A stretch of DNA of 64,000 bases from Promethearchaeota archaeon (GTDB taxonomy: Archaea; Asgardarchaeota; Lokiarchaeia; Sigyniarchaeales; SOKP01): contig JALGVJ010000007.1 of assembly GCA_029838195.1 (NCBI GenBank), positions 1 to 64,000 of the forward strand. The letters are read 5' to 3'. The position numbers and the translations under genes are program-made. The notes under the pieces are model-generated. The model was not told the origin of the DNA, did no database searches, and saw only the letters and a list, made by a program, of their open reading frames with translations. The first letter of the stretch is position 1. Each line of letters begins with the position of its first letter. This document shows positions 29,722-40,129 of this stretch, piece by piece.

Positions 29722-30984
29722 TCACTCTCGCACGCTAAATTTATAAAAAATACCATTATTTCGTTCATTGCTAGTTAATGAATAGTCCTCACGAATTTCA
29801 CTAACTCTAAATAAATCTAAAATATCTAAAAATAAGTAAGGTGCAATTATATTTATAAAATCTCGAATATCTATGTTAACTCTATATTCTCTGAATCTAT
29901 CTTTAGTATTTTTTGAGTAATGATTATTGATATATGTTATGGTAGTCCCTAGTAGTACAAAATAATATGGTTTGACATCTTTTACCTTTCCTATAAAAAA
30001 TTTTTTTTTTTTAGGGTTATAGTCGTAGTCATAGTCAATTATTAAACTTAAAGGAAAAGAAAGATTTCTTTTTCTAAAGTTTTCAGAATGTCGATTTACC
30101 TCTGATTCTATAAGGTCTAAATAATCTTCTTTAAGATCTATTGGATCTTCTATTAAAATGAAGTCATCAATTGAGTAAAAAGAGCTATGAAATTTTTTTT
30201 CAATCAAATCTAATAAGGAATAAATTGCGTTACCTAAGCCATGTTCTTTGTATCCCCATAATGTAAACTTTTTTTCTTCCATATCATCTTGGAGCGGAAA
30301 AGTTAATTTTGGTTCTAATTCTAAAATATTTTCAGCTAGTTGTTCGAAATTTGATTGTAACTTTGGATAGGCTTGGAGTAAATAAAAATAAGGAGCTAAA
30401 TGAAAATTCCTAATAAAGAAAGTTTGTTGATTATACGAAGGATGAAATTTCAGAATATTAGTGTAAAGATCTTTTAGCAATTCTACAATTTTTTCAGGAT
30501 TCTTAATTATTTCATTTATTTCTTGGGAACTAATTAGGGGAGAATCAATTTTTAAAGACCTAATAATAGGTTTTATTCTTTTTATAATTTCCTTAATGAA
30601 ATCCATAAACTCGTTTTCTTCAAACACGCATCTTACATTTTCTTTTTCAAAAGGATCTTCACCTATACTTTTAAAATAAATATATTCTTTTCTCGTAAAA
30701 TCAATACCAAAAATCAAATTAACTAATTTAGCTAAACTATAACCCTCAAATTCTCCTTTTTCATTAACTCCTCCTAAAAGAAATCTTTGTAAATTTTCCT
30801 CATTATTATCAAAGCATTCTTTCAAATTTTCAGTGAACTTTTCCTTTAAAATTTTTTCTAATTCCCTGAAATATAAGGCTATTTTTAAAATTGGGACTAT
30901 GTAATTTTTTACATAAGTTTTCCATACTTCCTTATTTAAATAATCAAAATTGATTATATCATCATATGTCAATCTACATGTCAT
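29722..30984 (-). CDS. Hypothetical protein, partner of the nuclease gene
   Basis: 420-aa ORF whose stop directly abuts the next ATG. Confidence 0.8.
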   Translation of the reverse strand: MTCRLTYDDIINFDYLNKEVWKTYVKNYIVPILKIALYFRELEKILKEKFTENLKECFDNNEENLQRFLLGGVNEKGEFEGYSLAKLVNLIFGIDFTRKEYIYFKSIGEDPFEKENVRCVFEENEFMDFIKEIIKRIKPIIRSLKIDSPLISSQEINEIIKNPEKIVELLKDLYTNILKFHPSYNQQTFFIRNFHLAPYFYLLQAYPKLQSNFEQLAENILELEPKLTFPLQDDMEEKKFTLWGYKEHGLGNAIYSLLDLIEKKFHSSFYSIDDFILIEDPIDLKEDYLDLIESEVNRHSENFRKRNLSFPLSLIIDYDYDYNPKKKKFFIGKVKDVKPYYFVLLGTTITYINNHYSKNTKDRFREYRVNIDIRDFINIIAPYLFLDILDLFRVSEIREDYSLTSNERNNGIFYKFSVRE

Positions 30985-31282
30985 TTTTTACTTCGGTTAT
31001 TTAATTTAATTTAAAATGTTAGTTACAAAATTGTACAAAAAATTTTTGGCATATAAATTTAACTCACTTTTTAAAAAACTTGATAAAAATAGCTTATTAA
31101 CCAATCTCTTCTTTATTTTTATTATTTCTTCTTAATCAAGATTATCACATGCTTGAATTCATTAAAATAGAGAAGAATGATTATGTTTTTAAATTGAAAA
31201 GGCTTTTGAGTGCATGTATTTAAAATTCAATAATGAGGAAACTAAAAGAATTCCTCACGACATGAGTGAAAAATTTTAGCAT

Positions 31283-31435
31283 TTATTCCATAGAACTTTC
31301 CAAATCCCATATTGCACTTTGATTATCATCGATTTTACCTTCAAGTTCTTCTAATTTCATTTCAATTTGGTCTAATCGTTTTTTGATATTTTTTAATTCT
31401 TTTAACAATTTATTTTCGAGTTTTTTTAGTTCCAT
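31283..31435 (-). CDS. 50-aa coiled-coil protein (MELKKLENKLLKELKNIKKRLDQIEMKLEELEGKIDDNQSAIWDLESSME)
   Basis: Read manually (not in the ORF track); clear heptad pattern. Confidence 0.6.
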   Translation of the reverse strand: MELKKLENKLLKELKNIKKRLDQIEMKLEELEGKIDDNQSAIWDLESSME

Positions 31436-31617
31436 TTTTAATTCTTTAGTATTTTATTTTAAAAAGTGATAAAAATTTAATTAAAAAATATTATGTGTTT
31501 GTATGAGAAAGCAAATTTAATATTTATCATGTATAAATTTTGCTTAAAAATTTATAGAAATGTTTCTCTTGAAGCCTGACGGAAGCATTTATTGTATGAT
31601 TGATTGGAGAAATCATA

Positions 31618-31676
31618 ATTTTGAGTAATTTGTCTTAATTTTCTAAGCGAATAAAATAATGATTATTATTACACAA
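31618..31676 (+). repeat. 59-bp direct repeat, right copy
   Basis: attttgagtaatttgtcttaattttctaagcgaataaaataatgattattattacacaa. Confidence 0.9.
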
Positions 31677-31866
31677 TTTGATTCCAATAATTCCTTTTTT
31701 TTACATTATATTGATTAATTTTACCATTTTTTTTAATTCTGTATATTGTATTTTTGGTTTCATGTGTTTAAAGGAAGAATTTTTTTCTCTATATAATAAG
31801 ATGCCCCGAGTTGTATTTCTACAGAATAATTTTAAAAAAGATTATCTTAATTTAGAAAATAACCAA

Positions 31867-31945
31867 TTCTTGAATAATGTCGACTCTTGAATATTACTTC
31901 TGAATAAAGTCGGTTTCCAAACTTCATTTCTGGATAATGTCGGAT
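31867..31945 (+). promoter_or_regulatory. Three 12-bp boxes TGRATAAWGTCG at exact 30-bp spacing
   Basis: tgaataatgtcg at 31871, tgaataaagtcg at 31901, tggataatgtcg at 31931; upstream of TATA tatttaaata near 31970. Confidence 0.65.
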
Positions 31946-32058
31946 TTGTTACGGTTTATTCCTTCGAAATATTTAAATATCACGCAGAAATATATATAAT
32001 TTGTTATTAATTCATTGATAATATCACGATAATACAGAAAATAGATCGCTCTGAAAAG

Positions 32059-32709
32059 ATGGTAGAGATTTTACAGCGGAATGAAAATTTTTATACCACA
32101 AAGGAATCAGTTCTCGTAGAATTAATGAAAGAAGGGCATGATTTTTTGGAGTTATTTGACATTGATGCGGTATTGAAGCGGGAAACTATTTCCTTATTGT
32201 ATCAATTTTTCAAGAGATGTGAGAATTTTCCCCACAATGCGTTTAAATTTTTTATTGCTGGGTATTATATTATTGAGAGGCATCCGAAGGCGTTTCCGGT
32301 ACACGATTCAAAGGAAGAGTTTTGTCGTAGGTTTGGGATAAAGGTGAGTGCTTTGGACTATAGTGTAAGGCGGATTGAGGACGTCTTGCATTTGACGAGG
32401 ATATTAGATGATAAGAATTATCCATATTATTTTGATCCGAGGCGGGATATTTGTTTTTTATTGGTGAAGCAGATTGCGGTGCGGAAAGTGGATGCTGCGA
32501 TGATGGATTTTTTAGTGAAAAGCGAGTTAGTTAATTCTCATGCGTTGGCGGAGGAGTTAGTAAATGAGGTTATATTTGAGAGGAAGTTATATCCAGAGGA
32601 GCTTTTTCGTCAATTTTTTGAAATTTTCCAAGATATTATCGTGCATCTTTTGGGGCGTTATGAGGAATATAATGAATATATCAAGCTTCAGGAGAGATAT
32701 TTTATTTAA
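32059..32709 (+). CDS. Cyclin/TFIIB-fold-like helical protein
   Basis: KFFIAGYYII...KEEFCRRFGIKVSALDYSVRRI resembles one TFIIB repeat with its HTH. Confidence 0.55.
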   Translation: MVEILQRNENFYTTKESVLVELMKEGHDFLELFDIDAVLKRETISLLYQFFKRCENFPHNAFKFFIAGYYIIERHPKAFPVHDSKEEFCRRFGIKVSALDYSVRRIEDVLHLTRILDDKNYPYYFDPRRDICFLLVKQIAVRKVDAAMMDFLVKSELVNSHALAEELVNEVIFERKLYPEELFRQFFEIFQDIIVHLLGRYEEYNEYIKLQERYFI

Positions 32710-33048
32710 TCTCTTTTTTATTATTTTATTAAAATTTTTTCCCCAATCTCGTGCTCTCATTTAATTTTGATTCGTGTATTCACGCATGATGTAGCAAGAA
32801 GCTTCGCAAACATATATTGGACCGAATCGGTGGATTTTTCGGTTTAAATGGCCCATTCATTTATGTAATTCGGATTCTGTTTAAAGGGCGTGAGGTTAAT
32901 GACTCGTAAAATAATAAATAAACAATAATTAAATTTGTTATAATTGAAAAGAAACTATTTTAATATCTAAAGACGATTATTAAATTAAAAAACAATACTA
33001 ATTAAACATATTTTAAATATTTCAAATAAAAAATAGGAGAAAAGAATC

Positions 33049-34152
33049 ATGGAAAGTGAAACCATTTATCGTGCTTTGCAAAGACACCTTGATACTCTTC
33101 CCATCGGCTTTCCGGAAACGGAATCCGGCATAGAGATAAAAATCCTAAAACATCTTTTTACTCCCGAAGAGGCCGAAATGGCTACTTTTCTGGATTTTAA
33201 ATTTCAGGCTCTTGAGGTCATCCATGACCGAGTGAAGAAAAATAAAAAGGACATTTCGCTTGCTGAATTAGAAGCCATCCTTGATTCGGCAGTTTCGAAA
33301 GGCGCCATTCTTGTTAAAAAAGAAAATGGGAAAAAGCATTATGCCAATGCCATGTTCATGATCGGCATGTATGACATTCAAACGCATCGGAAAAACGAAA
33401 AGCTCTTGGAATTTTTAAATGATTCCAGTCAATTTTTTAAAGAGGCGTTTGATGAGGAGATGTTTAGCACGGGAATTAATCAATTTCGCATCGTTCCCAT
33501 AAATAAAAGCTTGACCGTGGAACATCATGTAATGTCTCACGATAATATTCGGGAAATCATTAAAAATACTAAAGGGCCAATCGTGGTGGGGCACTGCGTG
33601 TGCAGAACCAAGCAAAAATTACGGGGAGATCCTTGCAAGCAAACGAAATTACTTGAAACATGCTTTGTACTCAACGAAACTTTCGCTCAAATGTATATTG
33701 ATCAAGGTTGGGGAAGACAAATAAGTAAAGAAGAGGCGTTGGAAATTTTAGACAAAACGGAAGAGGATGGCTTAGTATTTCAGCCGGGAAATGCCCAGAG
33801 ACCTGGTTCTCTCTGCTGTTGCTGTAGTTGTTGCTGTGGCTATTTATCTGATATGAAAAAATTACCTCGGCCTGTCGATTTCCTCAAATCAAACTTCCAT
33901 GCGGAAGTGGACGCTGATGATTGCGATGGTTGTGGGATTTGCATTGATAAGTGTAATATGGAGGCGCTAACTCTTATCAACGACATTTCTACCGTGAACT
34001 TGGATAAATGCATCGGTTGCGGGGCGTGCGTGACCGCTTGTCCTTCAGAGGCCATCCAGCTTCGTGAAAAAGAAGAGAAATTCATTCCACCAGAAGATTG
34101 GGATGCATTATACACCATGATTGCGGAAAAAAAGAGAGAGCTTAAACATTAA
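33049..34152 (+). CDS. 4Fe-4S dicluster protein with an N-terminal wHTH-like region
   Basis: CVCR...C...C, CCCCSCCC, two CxxCxxCxxxC motifs. Confidence 0.85.
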   Translation: MESETIYRALQRHLDTLPIGFPETESGIEIKILKHLFTPEEAEMATFLDFKFQALEVIHDRVKKNKKDISLAELEAILDSAVSKGAILVKKENGKKHYANAMFMIGMYDIQTHRKNEKLLEFLNDSSQFFKEAFDEEMFSTGINQFRIVPINKSLTVEHHVMSHDNIREIIKNTKGPIVVGHCVCRTKQKLRGDPCKQTKLLETCFVLNETFAQMYIDQGWGRQISKEEALEILDKTEEDGLVFQPGNAQRPGSLCCCCSCCCGYLSDMKKLPRPVDFLKSNFHAEVDADDCDGCGICIDKCNMEALTLINDISTVNLDKCIGCGACVTACPSEAIQLREKEEKFIPPEDWDALYTMIAEKKRELKH

Positions 34153-34471
34153 TTTTAATTAATATTTTTTTATTTTTTTAAGAATCATGGGGGGAATATT
34201 TACATTTTTTTCTTGCTCGTTTTAAGGTCGTGGAAACTAATCGCCGATGGGAAGTTATAGAGAGAGTTAGAAAGCGATTGAATTCATGCCATCATTTTGT
34301 CAATATTATAATCAACCTTTCATTCTTAAAGAATTCAAGTAAACATGATAAAATCAGAAAAAATTAAATCAATGAATCAATAAAATGAAAAGTATTTAAA
34401 TATATAAGAAGAAAATTAATATAATCAACAATTAAAAATGATTAAATAAAGTTAAATTAGGGGAAAGAATT

Positions 34472-35896
34472 ATGAATGAGGTTACATTTGATGATAAAAT
34501 ATCGCGACATTCGACCTTAACTTTTTTTTCTTTTGCTTTTTATCAATTTCCCGCATCTTTAGTTACTACAGCCCAAACGGTCGTTTTGTTCTTCTTTTAT
34601 GAAGCCGTTATAGGATTAAATACTTGGTTAGTATTCCTTGGATTTACCATAGCAACCATTTGGGATGCTATAAACGATCCATTATTAGGGTTTCTCACTG
34701 ACAGGAACATTCGGTTAACGAAACGCTTGGGCCGGCGATTTCCGTGGATCTTATTTGGAGTAATCCCATGGTCATTCTCGCTTCTTTTCATTTACATGCC
34801 TCCTCCTCTTGATCCCGTGTCTCAAGGTTGGCTTTTAACTCTTTGGTTAATATTTGCGCTTTGTTTTTTCGATACTTTTCACACGCTCATTTATGTACAA
34901 ATTGTAGCCCTTCGTGCGGATAAATTCAGGACAGAAGAAGAACGGAGGAGATTATCTCAATTTTTTGTCCCGATCGATGCAATTTCCTCAGTTACAGGGA
35001 GTATTTTGCCACCTCTTTTTCTTGGATTGGGAGAGGGCAATGAGGGTTTTGCCATAATGGCGATCTTGATTTCCATCATCACGCTCGCCTCGTCTTTCAT
35101 CTTTTTACCGGGCACCAAAGAAGATGAGATAATGATAAAACGGTATTTTGAGCAAGAATTTAAAAGAATGGGATTTTTTACCGGTTTGAGGGAATTATTC
35201 AAATCTAAAGCGTTTATAGTATTTATTCTGACCTTTATCTTTTTCGAGATCACAATGGGCATGTTGACGGGCAACACGATATATTTAGCTACGTTTGCTT
35301 TGCGGGACTCGGATTTGACAACGGTAATTCTCTTAGTATTTCTCTTGGCAGCGATAATTTCGGTTCCCTTTTGGACTAAATTAATGAAGAAATGGGATAA
35401 TAATAAAAAGGTATTTCAAATTGGGGGGTTTGCCACGTGTCTTGCCTTGATTCCGATAACTTTTTTTGTCACGCTCGTGGACTTGTTAATATTCACGTTT
35501 ATTCTTGGATTCATGCTTGGTAGCATGTGGGCTTTACTGCTTCCCGTGATTCAACCGAATGTTTTGGACGATTTTGTGATTCAAACGAAAAAGGACCAAA
35601 AAGGAGTTTTAATAGGAATTACCACGTTTATCGTGCGTTTTTCGGCCACCATTGATGAATTAATTTTGACGATAGTTCATAATCTAACGGGGTTTTTACC
35701 AGGTTACGATACTTATGAAAAAATGGCCGCAGTTGTAGGGGACATGACACCCGTGGTCTGGGGAATTCGATGTTTGATGGGAGTCATTCCGGCACTAATC
35801 TTATTTATCGGTATTTTCATTTTCTGGAAATTTTATCCTCTCACGCAGGATAAAGTCCATCAAAATAAACTTATATTAGAAGAATTGAAATTTTAA
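34472..35896 (+). CDS. MFS transporter, GPH (MelB-like) family
   Basis: WDAINDPLLGFLTDR...GRRFPW motif; about 12 TM. Confidence 0.9.
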   Translation: MNEVTFDDKISRHSTLTFFSFAFYQFPASLVTTAQTVVLFFFYEAVIGLNTWLVFLGFTIATIWDAINDPLLGFLTDRNIRLTKRLGRRFPWILFGVIPWSFSLLFIYMPPPLDPVSQGWLLTLWLIFALCFFDTFHTLIYVQIVALRADKFRTEEERRRLSQFFVPIDAISSVTGSILPPLFLGLGEGNEGFAIMAILISIITLASSFIFLPGTKEDEIMIKRYFEQEFKRMGFFTGLRELFKSKAFIVFILTFIFFEITMGMLTGNTIYLATFALRDSDLTTVILLVFLLAAIISVPFWTKLMKKWDNNKKVFQIGGFATCLALIPITFFVTLVDLLIFTFILGFMLGSMWALLLPVIQPNVLDDFVIQTKKDQKGVLIGITTFIVRFSATIDELILTIVHNLTGFLPGYDTYEKMAAVVGDMTPVVWGIRCLMGVIPALILFIGIFIFWKFYPLTQDKVHQNKLILEELKF

Positions 35897-35989
35897 GAGA
35901 TTCAATTCTTTTTTTTATTTTTTTTTTTAATAATGGGGCAAGGGAGGTAAATTGAATTAGTTAAGGAGACGGTTCCCGCTTATTTCGGT

Positions 35990-36844
35990 TTAATCATAGG
36001 GATTTAGCCTCGTAATAATTTTTTTAATCTTGGAAAAAAATCCAAACATTAAACTTGCTTCTTTTTTCGAGATAAAAGCTCGTTCCATCATGTTTTTGAA
36101 AGCAAAGAGAACATTTCCTTTTTTGTGGGTTCTTATTTTAAGCAATTCTGTAACATCTTGAATGAACGAGTATAATTTTTCTCGATCTTCCCTCGTGGCT
36201 AATAAAACGGGTTTTTCGCCCCTTCCTATCTCTAAAACGTGAATTTTTTTAAAAATTTCGTACAAAATAATTCCACACGCATGAGAGAGGTTCAATGCCG
36301 GATAATCATTACTGGTGGGAATTCTTAAAATAATATCAGCGAGCCCAATTTCTGTATTCGTTAACCCCCGGGATTCTCTTCCGAACATGATGGCAATTTT
36401 TAGAGGATGCCGGGAGGTAGGGAATTTCAGATCATGGGGAAAAATCGCTAATCGTCTCAGATTCGTGTAACGAGTTCCGCTTGCGGTAGTACCGATTATT
36501 AAATCGAATTTTATTAAAAAATTTTTTAAATTTAAGATATATGAATCAGGATCTTTAAATTCTAATATTTTTGATGAGAACAAGACATCCTTTCCATGCA
36601 TTGCATATCCTTGAGCTTCATGACCGTGAATTCTTTCTTTCTTTACTAAGGGATTAATGAGAATTAATTTCTTAAACCCAAAATTTTTCATGAGCCGAGC
36701 GATGGACCCAATATTTCCAATAGTTTCCGGTTTGATTAATAGGATGGTAAATGACCAATCTTTATATTTATTTTTAATTCTCGTTCCTTGAAATGTAGCT
36801 AAATCTCGGAATAATTTCTTTTTATCCTTCAGAGAAAAAAACAC
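35990..36844 (-). CDS. trmJ: SPOUT tRNA methyltransferase, TrmJ/LasT family
   Basis: PETIGNIGSIARLMKNFG, FGRESRGLTNTE, YPALNLSHA. Confidence 0.85.
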   Translation of the reverse strand: MFFSLKDKKKLFRDLATFQGTRIKNKYKDWSFTILLIKPETIGNIGSIARLMKNFGFKKLILINPLVKKERIHGHEAQGYAMHGKDVLFSSKILEFKDPDSYILNLKNFLIKFDLIIGTTASGTRYTNLRRLAIFPHDLKFPTSRHPLKIAIMFGRESRGLTNTEIGLADIILRIPTSNDYPALNLSHACGIILYEIFKKIHVLEIGRGEKPVLLATREDREKLYSFIQDVTELLKIRTHKKGNVLFAFKNMMERAFISKKEASLMFGFFSKIKKIITRLNPYD

Positions 36845-37282
36845 CTATTGAATTGCTTTTTATATCCATGAAAGAATAAAAACATTAAAAAGGTATTCAT
36901 TTAATAAGAATTAAGAAACGATACGGTTCATTTTGAAATCCTTGATTAAAAACTCAATAAATTCTTCATTTTGATGACGACGGTGTTTAATTATTGAGTT
37001 TAATGAGCAGTATAATCTTTTAAGTTTTTAATATTCATTCTTTAAATAGATTTCTAAAATTTCATGTTTTAAGTTGGAATTTATCTGATTTAGCTAACGT
37101 TTTTAAATATTGAGATTTAAAACTTTTTTAAATAAAGAAATTGTTGAAGTAGGAGAAAAAACCGCATTTTTTAGTTGCATAACTTAAATTATCTTACTTT
37201 TTCAAGATCTTGTTCTTATCTTTTAAAATTTCATGGAACAATAACTTATAGAGACCTTTTTATATTTAATTTAAAATCAATT

Positions 37283-37402
37283 ACGTGTCCCTCAATAGGT
37301 TTCCTCTTTTAAAAAATCAGAATTTTTTTTTTCACGTCTTATTTTTTTTTAACTCTAGATTTTAAAATTCCTTTTGTATTATTTTTCCCTTGAGGGACAC
37401 GT
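37283..37402 (+). ncRNA. Candidate small RNA or MITE closed by a 13-bp perfect stem
   Basis: acgtgtccctcaa (37283-37295) / ttgagggacacgt (37390-37402); TATA-like boxes upstream and a T-tract immediately after. Confidence 0.4.
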
Positions 37403-37597
37403 TCTTTTTTATTTTTTTGAATTTTTTTTTGTTAGAAAACTTTATTCTATTCTAATTCTATGGGGCTTGATAAATGCCAACGAGGATATTCTTGCTCTTT
37501 TTTACTACCTTTTTACGTGAAATTTTGATCATTCAAGGTTTGATGAGACCCCTATTTTTGAGGGATTTTAATAATTTAATAAAAAAAATATCTTGAT

Positions 37598-39787
37598 ATG
37601 GAAAAAAAGTTAAGGTATCTTTTGATTCTAATCATTGTATCTTTTTCCATATTTTTAAGTAGTCCAGTGGTTAGAGCTGACTATTCTGTAGATTACCTAT
37701 ACGTGGAAAAAACTCACTATTTCATTGATGAGGACATGTATTTTAATTTTTCTGCATTTAATGATTATGACCCCAATCCTCCCCTTGTAGATTCTTTTTT
37801 TCAAATCCATGTAGATTATAGTGAAGGAGGAGAGCCTCGTTTAGCCACTCCCATATGGGCGAGTCCAGAATATAGAGAAGTTGGTTTCGTAAGACATGAA
37901 TTTACCATTTCGCTTACAGATTTAAATCTCACAATAGATCAAGATGAGAATCAGACTACAATATATATCAAACTACGCTATTATAATTTTGACTATTTTC
38001 ATCCTGAAAATGAAATGGATGTTTATCTTTCAAGTTATACAAAACAGGTGAACGTGAGTAAGCGAGGAACTGGTTGTTTTACCTTAAATGCATTACAAAT
38101 GGATCGGGATGAATATTATTTTAAAAATTCAATGAGGATCAACACTTCTTTTTCCCTTAATTACACGGTAAAGCCGGGTGAAAATCATGCCAAAATTCAG
38201 TATAGGATTTTAAATATTTCTGATGCCATCCTTTGGAATAGTGCGTGGTATAATAAATCAAAACCTCAATTGGATTTTCACGTGAATCTTTCTAATCTAC
38301 ATCTTTCCATTACTGAGCCCCGTCATTTTTTAAAGATATTCATTAACTATTCTTTTCACGTAAATGATACGGGCTCGATTTACATGGAACAATATACCAT
38401 TCCTTTTAATATTTCGACTGATCCTTTAGATAATATTAAGATGAGCTATCTTTATGTTGAAACTCCTTCTTATTATTATGGAGAGCCTGTACGTTTTGGC
38501 TTTTCCTATGAAATATATGATAATTGCAACGTGCATTTTTCGTTTTCAGTAAATGTATCAAACAAGGGAACTATTTTATGGAATTCTTCAAAATATTCAG
38601 ATATACGGAAGAACATTCAATTTTCGATATATTCACATGAAATCTTACTTCATATGGAAGAGAATCAAGAAATATTCTCTATTTCTTTCTTTTTTCATTT
38701 CAACCATTCTGAAGCGATTTATTTAGTTAATACCACAAATTTTATCTTGTTGAAGAGTAATATCTCATGTACTCTTAATTATAATTCCACGCTAGAATAT
38801 TTCCAAAATCAAATAATTGATTTAAATCTTTCTAATCTCTATAATGCCTCGTTGCCATTATTCGGAAATTGTACATTTAAAGTTCAAAACAGCGAAATTG
38901 TAAAGGAAGTCAATGATAATCGGGTTAATTTCACCCTTTTTTATCAAAATTTAAGTGTGGGGGTAAACACGGTTACTTTTAAGATTCATTGCGATAATCA
39001 TGAACAAATGATCATTAATCGTACCATTACATTAATAAAATTAAAGGCCTCTAATTTATCCATTGAAATTCATCATGATTCTACGATGGAAATTTTCCAG
39101 AGCCAAGAAATTCTTCTCACTTTAAAGCATGCCAAGGAGCCGTCAAGACAGCTCACCGGGAATGTTTCGCTTTCCATTATCAGAGAGGGTAAGAATGAAA
39201 CTTCTAAATTTTCAAAATCACTCATTAATAATGAGGTAGTATTTCCCATATCGCATGATAATCTGAGTATCGGAATTAACAATTTAATTTTCATAATTGA
39301 GTGTGAAGGATTTGAAGAGGTACAAATAAAGAAGATAATCGAATTATCAAAATTAAATGTTACAATGATGGTTAATTTAACCATCACGGAAGAATGGATT
39401 AAGGGTACAGCATTATTTAAATACAAGCAACATGAGATATTTCATGAACTTAAAAATGGGAAAATTATTCTTATTTTAATTGCAAATAATTCGGTAATTA
39501 ATAAAACCATTTACACGACAAATGAAAGTGGAATCATTTCATTCTTTCAGGAAATTCCGCCCGATATTATTACGTTAATCATTGAATATAGGGGAAACGA
39601 TTATTTAACAAGGATACAAAAAGAATTCATGATTGATAATCGAAAAGAGATATCGCTTGTAGAACGATATCCGTTTTTAGGATTTTCTTCCATAATTGCG
39701 CTCGTTGGCCTGATAATGGGTTATGTAATTTATAAAAATAAAGATAAAGGACAGGTTGATTTAGAAAAATATATTTTTAGAAAATAG
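37598..39787 (+). CDS. Cell-surface glycoprotein with repeated beta-sandwich-like domains
   Basis: Signal peptide ending VRA, recurring LYVE..YY and ILWNS units, many sequons, C-terminal TM. Confidence 0.8.
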   Translation: MEKKLRYLLILIIVSFSIFLSSPVVRADYSVDYLYVEKTHYFIDEDMYFNFSAFNDYDPNPPLVDSFFQIHVDYSEGGEPRLATPIWASPEYREVGFVRHEFTISLTDLNLTIDQDENQTTIYIKLRYYNFDYFHPENEMDVYLSSYTKQVNVSKRGTGCFTLNALQMDRDEYYFKNSMRINTSFSLNYTVKPGENHAKIQYRILNISDAILWNSAWYNKSKPQLDFHVNLSNLHLSITEPRHFLKIFINYSFHVNDTGSIYMEQYTIPFNISTDPLDNIKMSYLYVETPSYYYGEPVRFGFSYEIYDNCNVHFSFSVNVSNKGTILWNSSKYSDIRKNIQFSIYSHEILLHMEENQEIFSISFFFHFNHSEAIYLVNTTNFILLKSNISCTLNYNSTLEYFQNQIIDLNLSNLYNASLPLFGNCTFKVQNSEIVKEVNDNRVNFTLFYQNLSVGVNTVTFKIHCDNHEQMIINRTITLIKLKASNLSIEIHHDSTMEIFQSQEILLTLKHAKEPSRQLTGNVSLSIIREGKNETSKFSKSLINNEVVFPISHDNLSIGINNLIFIIECEGFEEVQIKKIIELSKLNVTMMVNLTITEEWIKGTALFKYKQHEIFHELKNGKIILILIANNSVINKTIYTTNESGIISFFQEIPPDIITLIIEYRGNDYLTRIQKEFMIDNRKEISLVERYPFLGFSSIIALVGLIMGYVIYKNKDKGQVDLEKYIFRK

Positions 39788-40129
39788 GGATTTTAAGATG
39801 ATATTAAAGATCCCTTTAATTCATGGTAAAGAAATGATTGAAAATAAAAAAACGGGTGTTTTATACTTAACCTTTTCTTGTGAAAATTCAAGTTTCAGTA
39901 TTCACGATTAGCATTTTTTTTTTGTTCAATAAAAATAAAATTGTAAAATTCGGAATATGATCTAAAATCATGGGAATAATACTCTATTTTTTTAAGAAGA
40001 GTTTCATTTAAAATACGTGATTTTTATATATCTATTAAGTAGTAAAATTAACATGATTAATTAATTTAAACAAATTAGGTACATTTTTCAAATCTTCCCC
40101 CGAATTTACAATATATTCCTTTAATAAAG

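Larger units (their letters stand above)
27486..31676. mobile_element. Putative inserted cassette (about 4.1 kb) bounded by 59-bp direct repeats
   Basis: Direct repeats flank three co-oriented genes; no recombinase inside. Confidence 0.55.

Noticed and set aside
5239-32709. Whole cluster as an ICE, provirus or transposon
   Set aside because: No integrase, relaxase, transposase, capsid gene, tRNA target or bounding repeats were seen within the window
33813-33840. CCCCSCCC run as a novelty or selenoprotein sign
   Set aside because: All codons are TGT/TGC, and the paralogue at 54484 has the related CNCCGDCC family motif
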